The notes under the pieces: generated by a model
What the model saw: the letters and a program-made list of their open reading frames with translations, nothing else
Databases searched by the model: none
What the model was told of the DNA's origin: nothing
Made by a program: the position numbers and the translations under genes
Source: Macrostomum lignano
Taxonomy: Eukaryota
Direction of reading: 5' to 3'
Assembly (NCBI GenBank): GCA_002269645.1
Contig: NIVC01000212.1
Span: 496,001-560,000, forward strand
DNA length: 64,000 nt
In this document: positions 51,708-64,000 of the stretch, in pieces
How positions within the stretch are numbered: the stretch's first letter is position 1
Layout: each line of letters begins with the position of its first letter

Positions 51708-52086
51708 ATGCTCAGAAACAGCAGCTTGGACGGCCCGCCTCCAGATTCAGAAGCCAACATCAGCTGCATCAGCTACAAATCCCAGGTTGGAACCCCGAGG
51801 TTTTCAACATATCGTTGCAGATATTTATCTTCGCATTCGGCCTGATTGGCAACGCTGGCCTCCTGTGCGTGGTTGCCACCCGGCGAAGTTTGCGCACGAC
51901 GCCAAACCTTTTCATCACCAATTTGGCCATCGCTGACTGCGTCTACCTGCTGCTATTTATTCCCTGCAATATAATTAGCACCTTCGGCATTGAACTGCCG
52001 CTGTTCTTCTGCAAGGTGCTGTACTTCTGCAGATTTCTCACTTTAGGCGTGTCCGTGTTCACCCTGCTAGCTATGGCAATTGACAG
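51708..52086 (+). CDS. Exon 1 (N-terminus to TM3) of a class A peptide GPCR, bombesin/CCHamide-receptor-like
   Basis: FGLIGN (TM1); LRTTPNLFITNLAIAD (TM2); CK...GVSVFTLLAMAIDR|GTAAG with an intron at DR|Y. The putative ATG (51708) is in a different frame from TM1-3. Confidence 0.85.
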
Positions 52087-55000
52087 GTAAGGAAATGAAA
52101 TCTGGTGTCAGGCAACTACTCAATACTAGGGACTACTATGAACCCAAGAAGCCTTTGTTATGAATAGAGACCCATTGTCTTCTTGGAAGCCTCTGATTCC
52201 ACTAAGGATATCCATGGAATCGTACAATAGTATACTCTCTTTGGAGGCGTCGCCAAAGACGTGTACCTTGAGTAATTTGATAATGTCCTGAGAAAGTATA
52301 AACTTATAAGTCAAGTCCGACTCTATAGCTGCTACTTATGAAATAGTTTTTTTGCAAAAATTAATTCATTGCTGTGACATGCATATGCGCGTAGCGGAGG
52401 AGTAAATCTTTGGCTAAATCGCCAATGAACATTTCATCTCCCACTCTAGCTACGCTATAGTAATTTAATTATTGAAAGATCCACTATGTCCAATAAGCGT
52501 GCTGTATGGCATTAAGATAATTAGAGGTAATTAGACTTAATTAGGCTATTAGTTCCAGGAGCTTTGATCGACTTGCCGTCAATTGGTGCCTCGGGTGTGT
52601 GATTCGCGACGGAACTTGGTCAGGAAAGTCAGCAGAGAGGACCTGCATCGAACTCCATCCCGAAACCATTTCCTGTATTCAAGAGGACGACTTAAAAATC
52701 TTTGTATTTTAATTGCATTAGCTGAAAAACTGCAGTCGTCAGTTTGCAAGCACTCTTAGCCGGGAAAAATCGAGTCAGGCCCTCAAGTTTCTTGTTCAAA
52801 CAGGACAAAACTACATCCTTTTCAAAAGGCTTTTCTCACGCGCATCTACTCCCACCTCAAGCACCTCTTCTATTTCATTTCCTTTCTCCTATATCTGGCT
52901 AATTCCCTTCTTACTTAGGGAAAACTTAAGTGCCAATAAGAACGACTGTCCGTCAATCTTCGAATTACATTTTGTAGAACCAGGAAATGAATGCTATCTG
53001 AAAGGAGTACATTTAGAAATTCTGAAATGTAATCCACTTTGTTTGTGCGCCTCGTCTATTCCGCCAGTGTTAAATGAGCGGTGATAACCAGTACGAGTAG
53101 CGTAACTCTGCTACCATAGACAAACCAACGAGATGGATAGACATGGATAGCGGAGATAACCCAATATCTCCACCGGAGTGCCGTGGATTAAATTGAACTA
53201 TGGAGTTTTTATTTCATGGTTTCATAAGACCATTAGGCTTTGTTACAGTCAACGCTGTCTATGGTAAGAGAACGGCCTGTTCTCCACTTCAGTTCTTAGC
53301 CATATCAATTGATTTCGGGAACTGTCTATGGCAAAGTCTACCGTAGCCCATATATTAAAAATCCATGTAGCTGTTAACGTAAGCATGTGCATTTTTAAAG
53401 TGCAGCCGCTTTCCTTTCCCTGTGATATTCTTCAATAGCTTTTTTGCGATATTCACTGATATGATTTGAATCTTCTGACTGCTGTGATGGTAAAATTTCA
53501 GCATATCTTTGGGTGGAAAGGCTCTGATTTCAAGTGGCAGACTGGGCATTCTCTTACTAAATATTCGCAGCAGGGCTCTGGACTCTGCGTATATGCAGGC
53601 ACGCACTCATATACACGCTCACACAGGGTGCAACAGCGGCTCTTTTGACTTTCTAATCGTCATGTTCACTCTCTGTGCCTTGGGGGCTAGCCTTCGTGGC
53701 TGTGCCGTTTAGCTGCCTAGTCAGACTGACATGTCCGTAGCCGCCTTCCAGCCACACCGAAATTTTAAATGAGTGCCCCAGGTGTAATTTTTATAAAAAT
53801 GAATCACATATGCTCTTAATTGATTACCCCAAAACATGTTTCGCATGGTCGATGCTGTTTCTATGAAAATCTGGCAGTGAAAGTTGGCTTTAGGGCGGCT
53901 GAAGGGCGGCTGGAAGGGGGCTAGAGAATTGCTCTGTATTGGCGCAGTATAATTGTGCCCCAAATGGAAAAAAATTAGATGCAAGTCTTATCTTTAATAT
54001 GCATAATAAACTTTGGTTCATTGGCTTTTATTTCTTAGAGTAGTGTGACCTTTAGTTTGAAATTCAGCATTCCAATAGGTAAAAGCGTGCCCCAACCATT
54101 TTCTTGACTAGCGGCTAATGCCCCAATGCGGTAAAAAGAAGCAGGGTCAAAATTTTACTGTATAAGTAAATTTCTGTACATGCCCCACAATTTCCAACTG
54201 AGTGGCGAAGTGAAATAACTTGATTGTCACTCAGACACCAGTCATTACGACTTACAGTCGAGATTACGACTTTGCAATCGTAAAAAATTAAATTCTAACT
54301 TGTTGCAAAGCTTGTCTACTAAATAGACTAATGGACCAATTCATAAATTACTATCAATGTGACAATGTCCATGTTGATGGATATGTAATTGTATGTGTCC
54401 TTTAGAAATATTAAAAACTGGCATGACAATTGTCACTTTAAGATTGTAATCAAATCACTCAATATATTCTATAATCTATATATATGCCTATGTATATTAA
54501 CACTCAGTAACACTAATATTTCAAACAATAATAGCTAGCTATGGCTATACATACAGAATTCTACATATGCACCTTCTTATGAATTATGTCATGTATGACT
54601 CAAATTTATTCAGAATATGATGCATGCAACTAGAGGAGCTTTATATTAAATCCAACTTTATTGTCACTTTTCTATACAATTAACAAAGTAATAATAATAC
54701 TAGGCCTAATAGCTAGACTAGCTATTGATATTTAAAAATACAAAATTCTAGTAGCTAGGGCCTATTTACAATCTATTTTCTATTTTCTATTTCTGTTTCT
54801 ATTCTATTTACATGTTAGGCCTTACAAGCTAAATATTACCATTAGCTTCAATATAGTTAGAATGCTTCTTTTTTACTCATTCTTAGCTAACTTGAAAAAA
54901 ATAAGTTCAATAGGCAAAACTTTTAGTCTTTTTTTAATTAACATACATATAGCTATGGCTCATTTTTAATATAATTGTTTGAGTTACAAGTCTAGAATGT

Positions 55001-55119
55001 AATATATTCTTTAAATCAATAACAAAAATAATTATATTAATCTCCAAATTATATATTTGATAGATAACTCATATTCACAAAAAACAAAATCTGTTTCTGT
55101 GTATAATATACACTCAACA

Positions 55120-55800
55120 TCAAGTGCTTCCATGTTAGTTCCACTCGTGCCTTTTTAAGTTTTATATCTAAGTAATAATCTCATATAAACATGATAATTC
55201 ATGTTTTTCATGTTTCTTGTCAATATCTGCTACTTCCACTCATGTCCTTTCATATCTGAGTAATGTATATCATATAAACATGATAATTCATGTTTTTCAT
55301 GTTTCATGTCAATATCTGCTACTTCCACTCATGTCCTTTCATATCTGAGTAATGTATATCATATAAACATGATAATTCATGTTTTTCATGTTTCTTGTCA
55401 ATATCTGCTACTTCCACTCATGTCCTTTCATATCTGAGTAATGTATATCATATAAACATGATAATTCATGTTTTTCATGTTTCTTGTCAATATCTGCTAC
55501 TTCCACTCATGTCCTTTCATATCTGAGTAATGTATATCATATGAACATGATAATTCATGTTTTTCATGTTTCTTGTCAATATCTGCTACTTCCACTCATG
55601 TCCTTTCATATCTGAGTAATGTATATCATATAAACATGATAATTCATGTTTTTCATGTTTCTTGTCAATATCTGCTACTTCCACTCATGTCCTTTCATAT
55701 CTGAGTAATGTAAATCATATAAACATGATAATTCATGTTTTTCATGTTTCTTGTTAATATCTGCTACTTCCAGTCATGTCCTTTCTTATATGAGTAGTAA
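55120..55800. repeat. 89-bp AT-rich tandem array (~7.5 units; a further partial unit at 58864-58921)
   Basis: TCATATAAAC recurs at 55181, 55270, 55359, 55448, 55537... Confidence 0.95.
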
Positions 55801-55915
55801 TTCATGGTTTTCCTGTTTTTCTTATCTTCAATGCTAGGATTCACTTAACCAAGTCCAGTATTTGCTTAGTAGAGTTTGTTTAAGTAAGAAAAAGTGAAGT
55901 AAATGTGACTGTATA

Positions 55916-58865
55916 TGCCCACTAAAGGCATATAAAGGCAAACAGTCGGCCCCATGGTGGAACCCGCAGCTTGGCGACCTCCGTCGCAGAGCCAAAAGGC
56001 TTCACCGCAGGGCCCAAAAAACTAAAAACCCGGCCGACCAAACCGCCTACCTGAACTCTATCCACGAGTTCAAGAGGCAGGTTAGGAACGCCAAAACCAA
56101 CAAGTGGCGCGAATACTGTGAGGAACTTGAGGGCTCCCGCCCCACCTCCAGAATCGTTAAAGCCCTCACCCTGGACAAAATGTCCAAACTCTCCTCAGTC
56201 AAGAGAGCCGACGGCTCGCTCACTGAGAACCCAGGAGAAACACTGGAAGCGATGCTAACAGCGTTTTTCCCGAACGAGCCAGCTAGGCCCGGCCCCCCTG
56301 ACCACTCAGTGGGCGGACACGTACTGGCTGACTCAATCATCACGGAGGACCGCGTTACTAAAGCTGTCTCCTCCTTCAAACCCTTCAAATCCCCAGGACC
56401 GGACGGCGTTGTGCCAGCCTTCCTGCGGGAGGCGGTGAAATGCACCGGTTTCCTGCGGAACCTTTGCCGGCTTCTGAAAGCCTGCATTGTGCTCGGCTTT
56501 GTTCCGAAATCCTGGACCGAGGCCAAGGTGGTCTTTATCCCCAAGCCTGGCCGACCGGACTACCGGTCCATTAAATCCTTCAGACCAATTAGCCTCACCT
56601 CCTCATTGGTGAAGCTGTTAGAGAGACTGGTGCTCTGGCGCCTCCTCTCTGTGGAACTGAAGAACAAGCCGCTCAGTGAGAACCAGCATGCCTTTCGGGC
56701 AGGCAGGTCCACGGAGAGCGCGCTTCACGTTCTGGTTGACATGCTGGAGAAAGCCGTTCTTGGTAATGGCTACGCTCTCGCTGTCTTCCTCGACATTGTT
56801 GGAGCCTTCGATAATGTCCTCTTTGAGGCCTTTGACAGAGCTCTACGTGCTAGAGGAACCCACTCGCACCTCACCCGGTGGATCATGTATATGATCAGCC
56901 ACCGTACTGCCACCGCACACCTGTTGGGCCACCAACGGACGGTAACCGTCTGCAAAGGCAGCCCCCAGGGCGGTGTCCTCTCTCCAGTTCTCTGGAACAT
57001 GGTCATCGATGAGCTCCTCCAGGACAGCCATCTTGACCCCATCCTCAAGGTCGGTTACGCCGATGATGTCACAGCCGTGGCATCCGGACCGTCACCTGAA
57101 ACCCTTAGAGATCTTTTGCAAAACTTCATTCGCTCTGCTGAACGTTGGGCGGACAGGTGCGGCCTCAGGCTCTCCGAGACCAAAACTGTCGCGATCATGT
57201 TCACCAGCAGGGTAAACTGGCGTATTCGCCCACTAAAGCTTTACGGGGTGGAAATTCCATCCTGCAAGCAAACCAAGTGTCTCGGCGTTACGCTGGACCA
57301 CCGGCTGAGCTGGTCCACCCACGTCCAGGCCAAAACCAAAAAAGCCCTCGCGATTCTTGCGCAGCTGCGCAGAGCCGTCGGCACCACCTGGGGCCTCACC
57401 CCAAAGCGTCTCTGGTGGATCTATACCGCAATGGTCCGACCGGCCGTTACATACGCCGGCCTGGTCTGGACCAGCGCCTTGCAGATTAAAACCTGCCACG
57501 AAGCCCTCAAAAAGGTGCAGGGACGTGCGTGCCGCATGATCCTGAATGCCCCGCTCTCTGCTCCCTTTGACGGCCTCAACGCCTTTCTCTGCCTCCCGCC
57601 TCTGGACATCTTTGTCCGTCGCGAGGCTGCTAAAACCACCCGCCGGCTCATCGAGGCTGGTGTTAGCTTCAAGCCACAAAGAGCGATGGCGAAGCGCAAG
57701 CTCCTGCCGCACTCTGACCTGTGCCTTAAAGTTCTGGAGGAGAGTGGGAGTGCGGCTGTCCTTTCGGACGCTGAACCGCGCTCCCTCAACCTCTACCAAC
57801 GCTTCAAGGTCACGATCCCCTCCAGGGAGAACGCCAACGACAGCTGGGCCCCTCAGGAGGTTCACTGCTTCACTGACGGATCCTCCAAAGACGGTTTATC
57901 CGGCTTTGGAGTCTGCATCCTTATCAACGGCCGCGTGATTGCTACTCACGCCCAACACACTGGCAGACTCTCCAGCGTCTTCCAGAATGAAGTCCTTGCC
58001 ATCAGCTCCTGTGCAGCTGAGCTCCACCGCAAGGACTTCAAGGACAGAAGAATCTTCTTCCACTCTGACAGCCAGGCCGCTTTACAGGCCCTGTGTCACA
58101 CCACTACGAACTCCCGAACAGTCCGCGACTGTATCGGGCAGCTCAACAAGCTGGCTCGGAGGAACACCGTCCGGCTCACGTGGATCCCAGGACACGCCGG
58201 CTTCAAAGGTAACGAGCTCGCCGACTCCCTCGCTAAGGCGGGCTGTTCCGGCTCGCCCCTTGGCCCCGTGCCCCTGGCCCCCATCCCCGCCACAGTCATT
58301 AATCGTCAGATTAACGACTGGGCGGACATCCTGCACTTGCGCAGATGGGATGGTATCTCCAACTGCCGCCAATCTCGTGCGGCAGTGCCCAATCCGTCCC
58401 TCAAGCTGCGGAGAATCCTTTTGAATCAAAATCGAAAAGATATCCGCGCTCTCACTATGACCTTCACAGGTCACGGTTGCTTTGCCAGGCACTGCTTCCT
58501 CCGATGTGTTCGCCGGAGTGAACTCTGCCCCTTCTGCAGCCTCGAGAATGAAGATGCCATGCACTTCGTCTGCTACTGCCCGGCCTTCAACCGAGACCGG
58601 CTCAACCACCTCGGGCCCAACCCGTCCCTGGACGACGTTTGCCGGCCCGAGAACATCCCACGGCTCATCCGGTTCCTCCGGGCCACCAAGCGAGCCTCCG
58701 TCTTCCCCACCGAAGACAACGCTGCAGACAGGACCGGCAGACCTCCCTGACCGGCCCCGCGCCCTAGCCTATGCGGGTCTTTCAGGGATTAGCGGAATGG
58801 GCGACGCTCGCCTCCCCGCTGCGTCTTCGGACCGCCATGCAGCTAAGTCAAGTAAGTCAAGTCAA
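55916..58865 (+). mobile_element. Young, 5'-truncated LINE (RT + RNase H + C-terminal Zn finger; Loa/R1/I group-like)
   Basis: Open frame 55916-58750 (CPLKAYKGKQSAPWW...SFRPISLTSS...GSPQGGVLSP...YADD...FTDGS...HSDSQA...WIPGHAGFKGNELADSLA...CPFC...H). 3' tail of (AAGTC)-type repeats; possible TSD TGTATA (55910-55915 / 58866-58871). Confidence 0.95.
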
Positions 58866-58977
58866 TGTATATCATATAAACATGATAATTCATGTTTTTC
58901 ATGTTTCTTGTTAATATCTGCCTTTATGATTATTCCATTTCAGGCCCTTCAAGTGATTGTCGATATTGTCACCAACC

Positions 58978-61900
58978 ATGAATTTCACTAGTTCAGTGAC
59001 CCTGGAAGACATCAAGAAGGTCATTGTATCTGGTCAGGTTGATGTTGCTGAGTTTTCCGCTGGGATTCCTACTTGGCGTAATGCGAATGGCATACTTCAG
59101 AGACTTGCTGATTTACTTGGTCTTGATGGCACTAACGAATCAAGTCGCAGATGGCTCTATGACAAATTCAGAAGAAGCAATATCATCGCTGAAGTTCAGG
59201 CTGTCATCACCGGAAATTCTTTGAGTGAGATACCGAGCAATACAGCGTAAGTATTGCTTTTCTTGATGCGCTCTTACTTTGGCTTTTCTTATAACTTTGA
59301 CATAGTCATCTATAATTTCGTCTTCTTCGTTTTGATTTCAGGTCTTCCAGCAGTACAACAGCTGAAACGCAATTACACCAAAGCTTCGTTGACATTGACC
59401 ACGTTTTCGATGGTAGTGGCAATCTGAAAAAGAGCTGGCATGACTATGTTCTTTTGTCGTTCTCTTCATCACTCAAGTGCACCCTGTGTATGCGCAGGCA
59501 TAAGCACAATGCAGGCTACATATCTGCAGATGTTTACTGCAATGTTGATGGTTGCACTGGCCTATTCCGTTTGAAAGTGCTCCACTCTGGAAACAGGTTG
59601 CTCTGTTCGCTTGAAGTCAAAACGAATCCTACTAAGCATGCTACCAAGGCACGTCCTCTATGTGGGGAGCGACGTATTGAATTGGCCAAAAGAGTTTGCT
59701 CTTCAAGTGCCACGCGGGTAAGGGCAGAAATCGCAGCAGATGGGGACATTCGGTTGTTGCCATCTCCTAATGTACTACGAATTGCTGCGAGTAGGCAACG
59801 ACATCAGGACCGGCAGTCGTCTGATACTCTGCTGGATCTTATTATTCAAGGACAAAGCATGCAACCTGCTTACGCAAGGAATGTCTGTGTGCAATTTGGC
59901 GCATCGGAACCCCAATTCGTGCCTCTCTGGTTGAACAGTGCTTTTGAAGTGTTGCGTTCGATGCAAGCGAACGGTGAGCCAATCGTACTGGGCATGGATT
60001 CAACCGGAGCGCCTATTTCAAAACCCAAAGACAGTCAGCAGAAGGATGTTTACTACCACGCTGTGGTACTGCGTCATCCTCAAACTGGAGCGCAACCCGT
60101 TGCCGTTATGGAACTTTTATCGTCTTCGCAGACGGGAACAACTTTAAAGTTTGTATTTGACTCCTGGATCACGGCAGCAAGATTATCAGTAAAAAATCTT
60201 CGCGTGGCTCAGGTCACCCTTGATTTTAATTTGCCTACTTTGCGGGCTCTCCTTATGGGCATTCACGGCATGGAAATCATTCCTTTTCTGCGGCACTGCT
60301 ATGCCGTTCTATCGTTTAAATTAAGCTATCAAGAACTGCAGAAATTTACGTTGATCGGCTTCGGCCGGAGCCATATCATGCGCGAGTTTTGTGATTGGCC
60401 TGATGTGGCGAATTGCAGGAATCCGGAAGCCAGGAATGGTTGGAAGCATTTCTTCGGTGCCTTGCTACGATGCACCAGCTTGCACCAGGTACAGCAAGTG
60501 TACAAAAGCTTTCTACGGCTTCTGCTTTGCCCATCTCGGAGGAGTGTCGACTCGTCACTCGCTCTTCTGCACGCAGCCGCTGCAGATCAACTTGGAGACG
60601 GAGTTTTCGTTCCACCCGAAAGTTTCATGTACGTAATGCCGGATACGACATTGAAGAGAGCTTCGCCATTCTTCCATCTAGCGGATGCATTGCACAATGA
60701 GGTGAAAGCTAGTGCCGAAGCACAAGTTGTTCAAAGTGAGAGTGAACTGACGCCAGATCCGAATCCGTACTTCTGCCCCAGTCTCGCTGGTAAACTTACC
60801 AATGTTGTGATGCCATACCTGCCACTTTGGTGCGGTATCATGCTGGATCCCGTGAGATATGCTGCGTCCAATAGCGGTGCATTCAAAAGTGTTTCTCGTG
60901 ACGCTGAGGGATTCACGGAAGGCCACACGGAGCTCTGGATGAATATCGTTAAAAACCTGCTTCACGGAGGTCGGGACAGCTCCATGAGGAACTTCTTGGC
61001 TAACCAAAGTCGGCTCCTGCAGGGGTTGCATCGGATCTTTATGGAACTTCCAGAGACTTCCAGTCACACCGCCGACGAGCAGTCAGAGAACTCCAGTTCC
61101 AGTCACTCTGAGCAGCCAGAGACTTCCAGTCACGCCGACGAGCAGTTAGAGAACTCCAGTTCCAGTCACTCTGAGCAGCCAGAGACTTCCGGTCACACCG
61201 CCGACGAGCAGTCAGAGAACTCCAGTTCCAGTCACTCTGAGCAGCCAGAGACTTCCAGTCACGCCGACGAGCAGTTAGAGAACTCCAGTTCCAGTCACTC
61301 TGAGCAGCCAGAGACTTCCAGTCACGCCGACGAGCAGTTAGAGAACTCCAGTTCCAGTCACCCCGATCAGCCTGAAATTGATGGCGATGCTCGTATTTCT
61401 AACTTACAGGGCTCCCGTTCTTTCAGGAACCCTTTCACATCAATGCTAAATGACCACGAAGCGACCGAAGAAACTTCGCTGAGCTCCGAGGTAGTTAATA
61501 AAAAACGAAGGGTCACTTCAGGACGCTACACTGCAGCTACGACGCGTGTTCTCCTTCGAGACCTAACAAATCATGCCCAGGAACAATTTACTCTTCTAAA
61601 AAATGGTGGCCGCTCGACCAGTGTACCTTTTAATGGGAAACTCGTAACAGTAATGCTGCACAACACTTGTACTGTTGATGGGTTCCTCACTGGTATTGCA
61701 TTTGCATATAGAGATCGCGAGACATTCCGTGAAGCCATTTTGGCGTCTCGACTTCAAGAGCTTCATCGGCTAGGCCGGTACTGCAGAGAAGCTACCGCTA
61801 GCCGCACCGATCAAGAAGCCATGCATGCCCGTGCTACACTGATAGTACAAACAGAGTCATTCTGGCGCAAAGGCTTTCTGCGTTGGCGGTGAAACGGTAG

Positions 61901-62775
61901 CAGCATCGTTGACGGAAATCTCGAAAGCAGCGAACTGGACATAGTTCTGGAGTTACTTGGAAATAGCCATTTATTCCTGATAAGAAGCATCTGCCGCAAC
62001 GATGCCTGCCGCCATCGACAACTGGAATCATTTTTTTCTGGGCTTGTAATCCAACACGAGGAAGGGCCAATCGAGTCACCCTACAGCTTTATCTGCACTG
62101 TTTTCCGTGAGTCTGGCGTTCGCGAATGCTGCCACTGCAACAGTTTGCGAGATGTATTGCCACCGACGTACTCCTCAGAATTGCCTCCGCTGCTTGTTGT
62201 TGCTGTACCCGACTCTGTCGATAGAACTGTTCGAGTCTCATTGGGAGAACGAGAGGTAACTCCCTTTCGGAACAGCCCTGCTCGGTGAGTTCTTGCACTC
62301 TATATATGTACTCTACTATCGTCTGATTACTTGTGTTAGCTAGCTAATGCAGGGCTGCTGTGCTGGACCCGAAAAAGGAAGTGTCAAGTACTAGTAGTTG
62401 TTATATACACTGTCGATCAATATTATTTTACTTATCGATCAACAAGCTACGAGTACAATTTTTATGCTCTCAGACGGAGAACACATTTGCAGTTCTAGAT
62501 ATTGACTTTACTAGAAATAGACACTCATTTTTGTTCAATAAGTAACTTGTTTATTAAATTAAATGTATCATTATGTTATGTACAACTAAATATTTTTCAG
62601 ATACAGACTGTTCTGCTCGACATACTTTCAAGCAGAGCGTGCGCACTGGGTAGCAACTATACATTCTGACGACGGTAGCGTCCTAAACTATGACGACCTC
62701 GGGACTACCAGTGGTGCGCTGCGACGGCAACGAAATGTAGGTCGCCTAAACCTGGCGATGTACGCTTTGTTTTAA
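58978..62775 (+). pseudogene. MULE/NOF-FB-like DDE transposase fused to a USP-like cysteine protease. Exons 58978-59246, 59342-62284, 62601-62775; one in-frame TGA at 61890
   Basis: Introns GC|GTAAGT...TTCAG|G and CG|GTGAGT...TTCAG|A restore a single frame. Motifs C..C...C....C...H, GMDSTG, VTLDFN, RSH, GHTELWMNIVK; then HNTCTVDGF, CRNDAC, CCHC, AHWVA, NYDDL. Confidence 0.75.
61050..61370 (+). repeat. 63/66-bp coding tandem repeat (ETSSH(T)ADEQ(S/L)ENSSSSHSEQP) x5
   Basis: Direct reading; frame-preserving. Confidence 0.95.
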
Positions 62776-64000
62776 CTATGTTCGCTAGTGCTTGGATAAG
62801 CTACGGGTTTTCGCTTTACCAGTGCCTACTCATGTCTGATGTCATACCACGCACCCACATGAAGGCGTCTTCCCGCCGCACCCTGCTTGAATGGCAAAAT
62901 GTCTTTGTCTCAGCGCCTTTTTTCATTCTTTTTGTCACATCACTGCTTTTACTTTCTTTTCTATATAAATGACCCACATGTGTATCATAATTTTTGCTGC
63001 TACTAATCCTACTAATCCAGTTATTGTTTTGTTAAGTAGTTTGTCGTTGCCACTAGATCATCGGTTCCTACAAGATTTTTAAAATCTCTTATAAACAGGA
63101 TTGATTAGTCAGGGTGCACACGAAACATTCTGCACATTAATCGATTAACATTTTAACTGACTATGAATCCGTTGGCATGACTTCTTAGGATAGGCCTAGT
63201 AGGAAGGCTTTATTGTGCTTGATAGCGCCTAATTTGACAATCTTTTTTATTAAATAGCAACGTAGTACGCTCGTGCGCCTTGTATGTATTGTTTTACCTT
63301 GTATGCCCAAGGTGTTGATTATTATTGAACTTACCATCGGGCCTCAAATGCATAAGCCATCTTTTTTCGTAGCCTAAATTTGTTTATCCACAAAGTAAAT
63401 ATATAAAGAACTGTTTACGAATTTCAAGTTCCGGTTCTGAATATTTTTCAATCAGATTTTGACGGTCCGACTCGTTTATTCGTTTTGTCAGTCGTCATAA
63501 ACATAGTATACGAGTACTGTATTAGTATAATTGATAACTGACTGATATGGCGAAAACTGAAAAGAAAAGTTTACGAATTGATCATGCTACTAACTTTTCA
63601 AATGCTGAAGGGAAGTAGTTTTTGAACTGAAGAGTGAGCACTTTTTTGCAGGATAATAAGTAAAATAGAAGCTGAATAGAATATATTAATGGAGAGCTCA
63701 CACGGTTAAACGTTTCACCTTACGATCAAGTTGTCAAACGTAGGCTCGTATATGAGTGAAGTTATGTGTAATGACAATGCAAAAGCACATCAAAGCGAAA
63801 GCTAAATAAAAAAAGTGTAGTACTATTGGTATCAGGGGTCCGCTATATCCTGCGTAAGATGATCGTATGGCAACTCGTACTTATAAACATGAAGCATAAG
63901 GAGTACACCCCTTAATTGACAGGTGTCAATTTAAGCTATTGAGTTAAATTCACAAGTTTCGATTGCACAAAAGCGCATTCATATGGTGAGCAAAAATCAT

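Noticed and set aside
53509-53712. Possible downstream GPCR exon (FLIVMFTLC resembling TM6)
   Set aside because: Lacks CWxP, needs frameshifts, and has no clear splice sites or intervening TM4-5 exon
21831-55800. Regular arrays (81, 151, 89, 30 bp) as possible CRISPR-like arrays
   Set aside because: Units are contiguous with no unique spacers, no cas genes are present, and the context is eukaryotic

Overview
Eukaryotic (invertebrate) genomic DNA with spliced GT-AG genes, GC-rich exons and dense repeats. The style suggests a flatworm such as Macrostomum, but that is inference only. Host genes: five exons of a KCTD3/SHKBP1 (BTB+WD40) gene, a decaying tandem cluster of secreted PAN/Apple + C-type-lectin genes, a TspanC8-type tetraspanin, and exon 1 of a bombesin/CCHamide-like GPCR. 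Highlight 1: a ~12 kb endogenous Polinton/Maverick (adintovirus-like) dsDNA virus at ~10170-22163. It encodes pPolB, rve integrase, packaging ATPase, adenain-like protease, a truncated major capsid protein, a parvovirus-VP1u-like PLA2, an adenovirus-pX-like protein and two other candidate membrane-active proteins. Its right terminus is intact; its left end is lost. Highlight 2: a spliced MULE/NOF-FB-like DDE transposase fused to a USP-like cysteine-protease domain (58978-62775). Also present: a young and an old APE/RT/RNase H LINE, a mariner with a nested MITE, a hAT element with a nested TTAA foldback, a TTAGGG-cored foldback, SINE heads and many tandem arrays. All family assignments come from motif recognition by eye; no searches were run.
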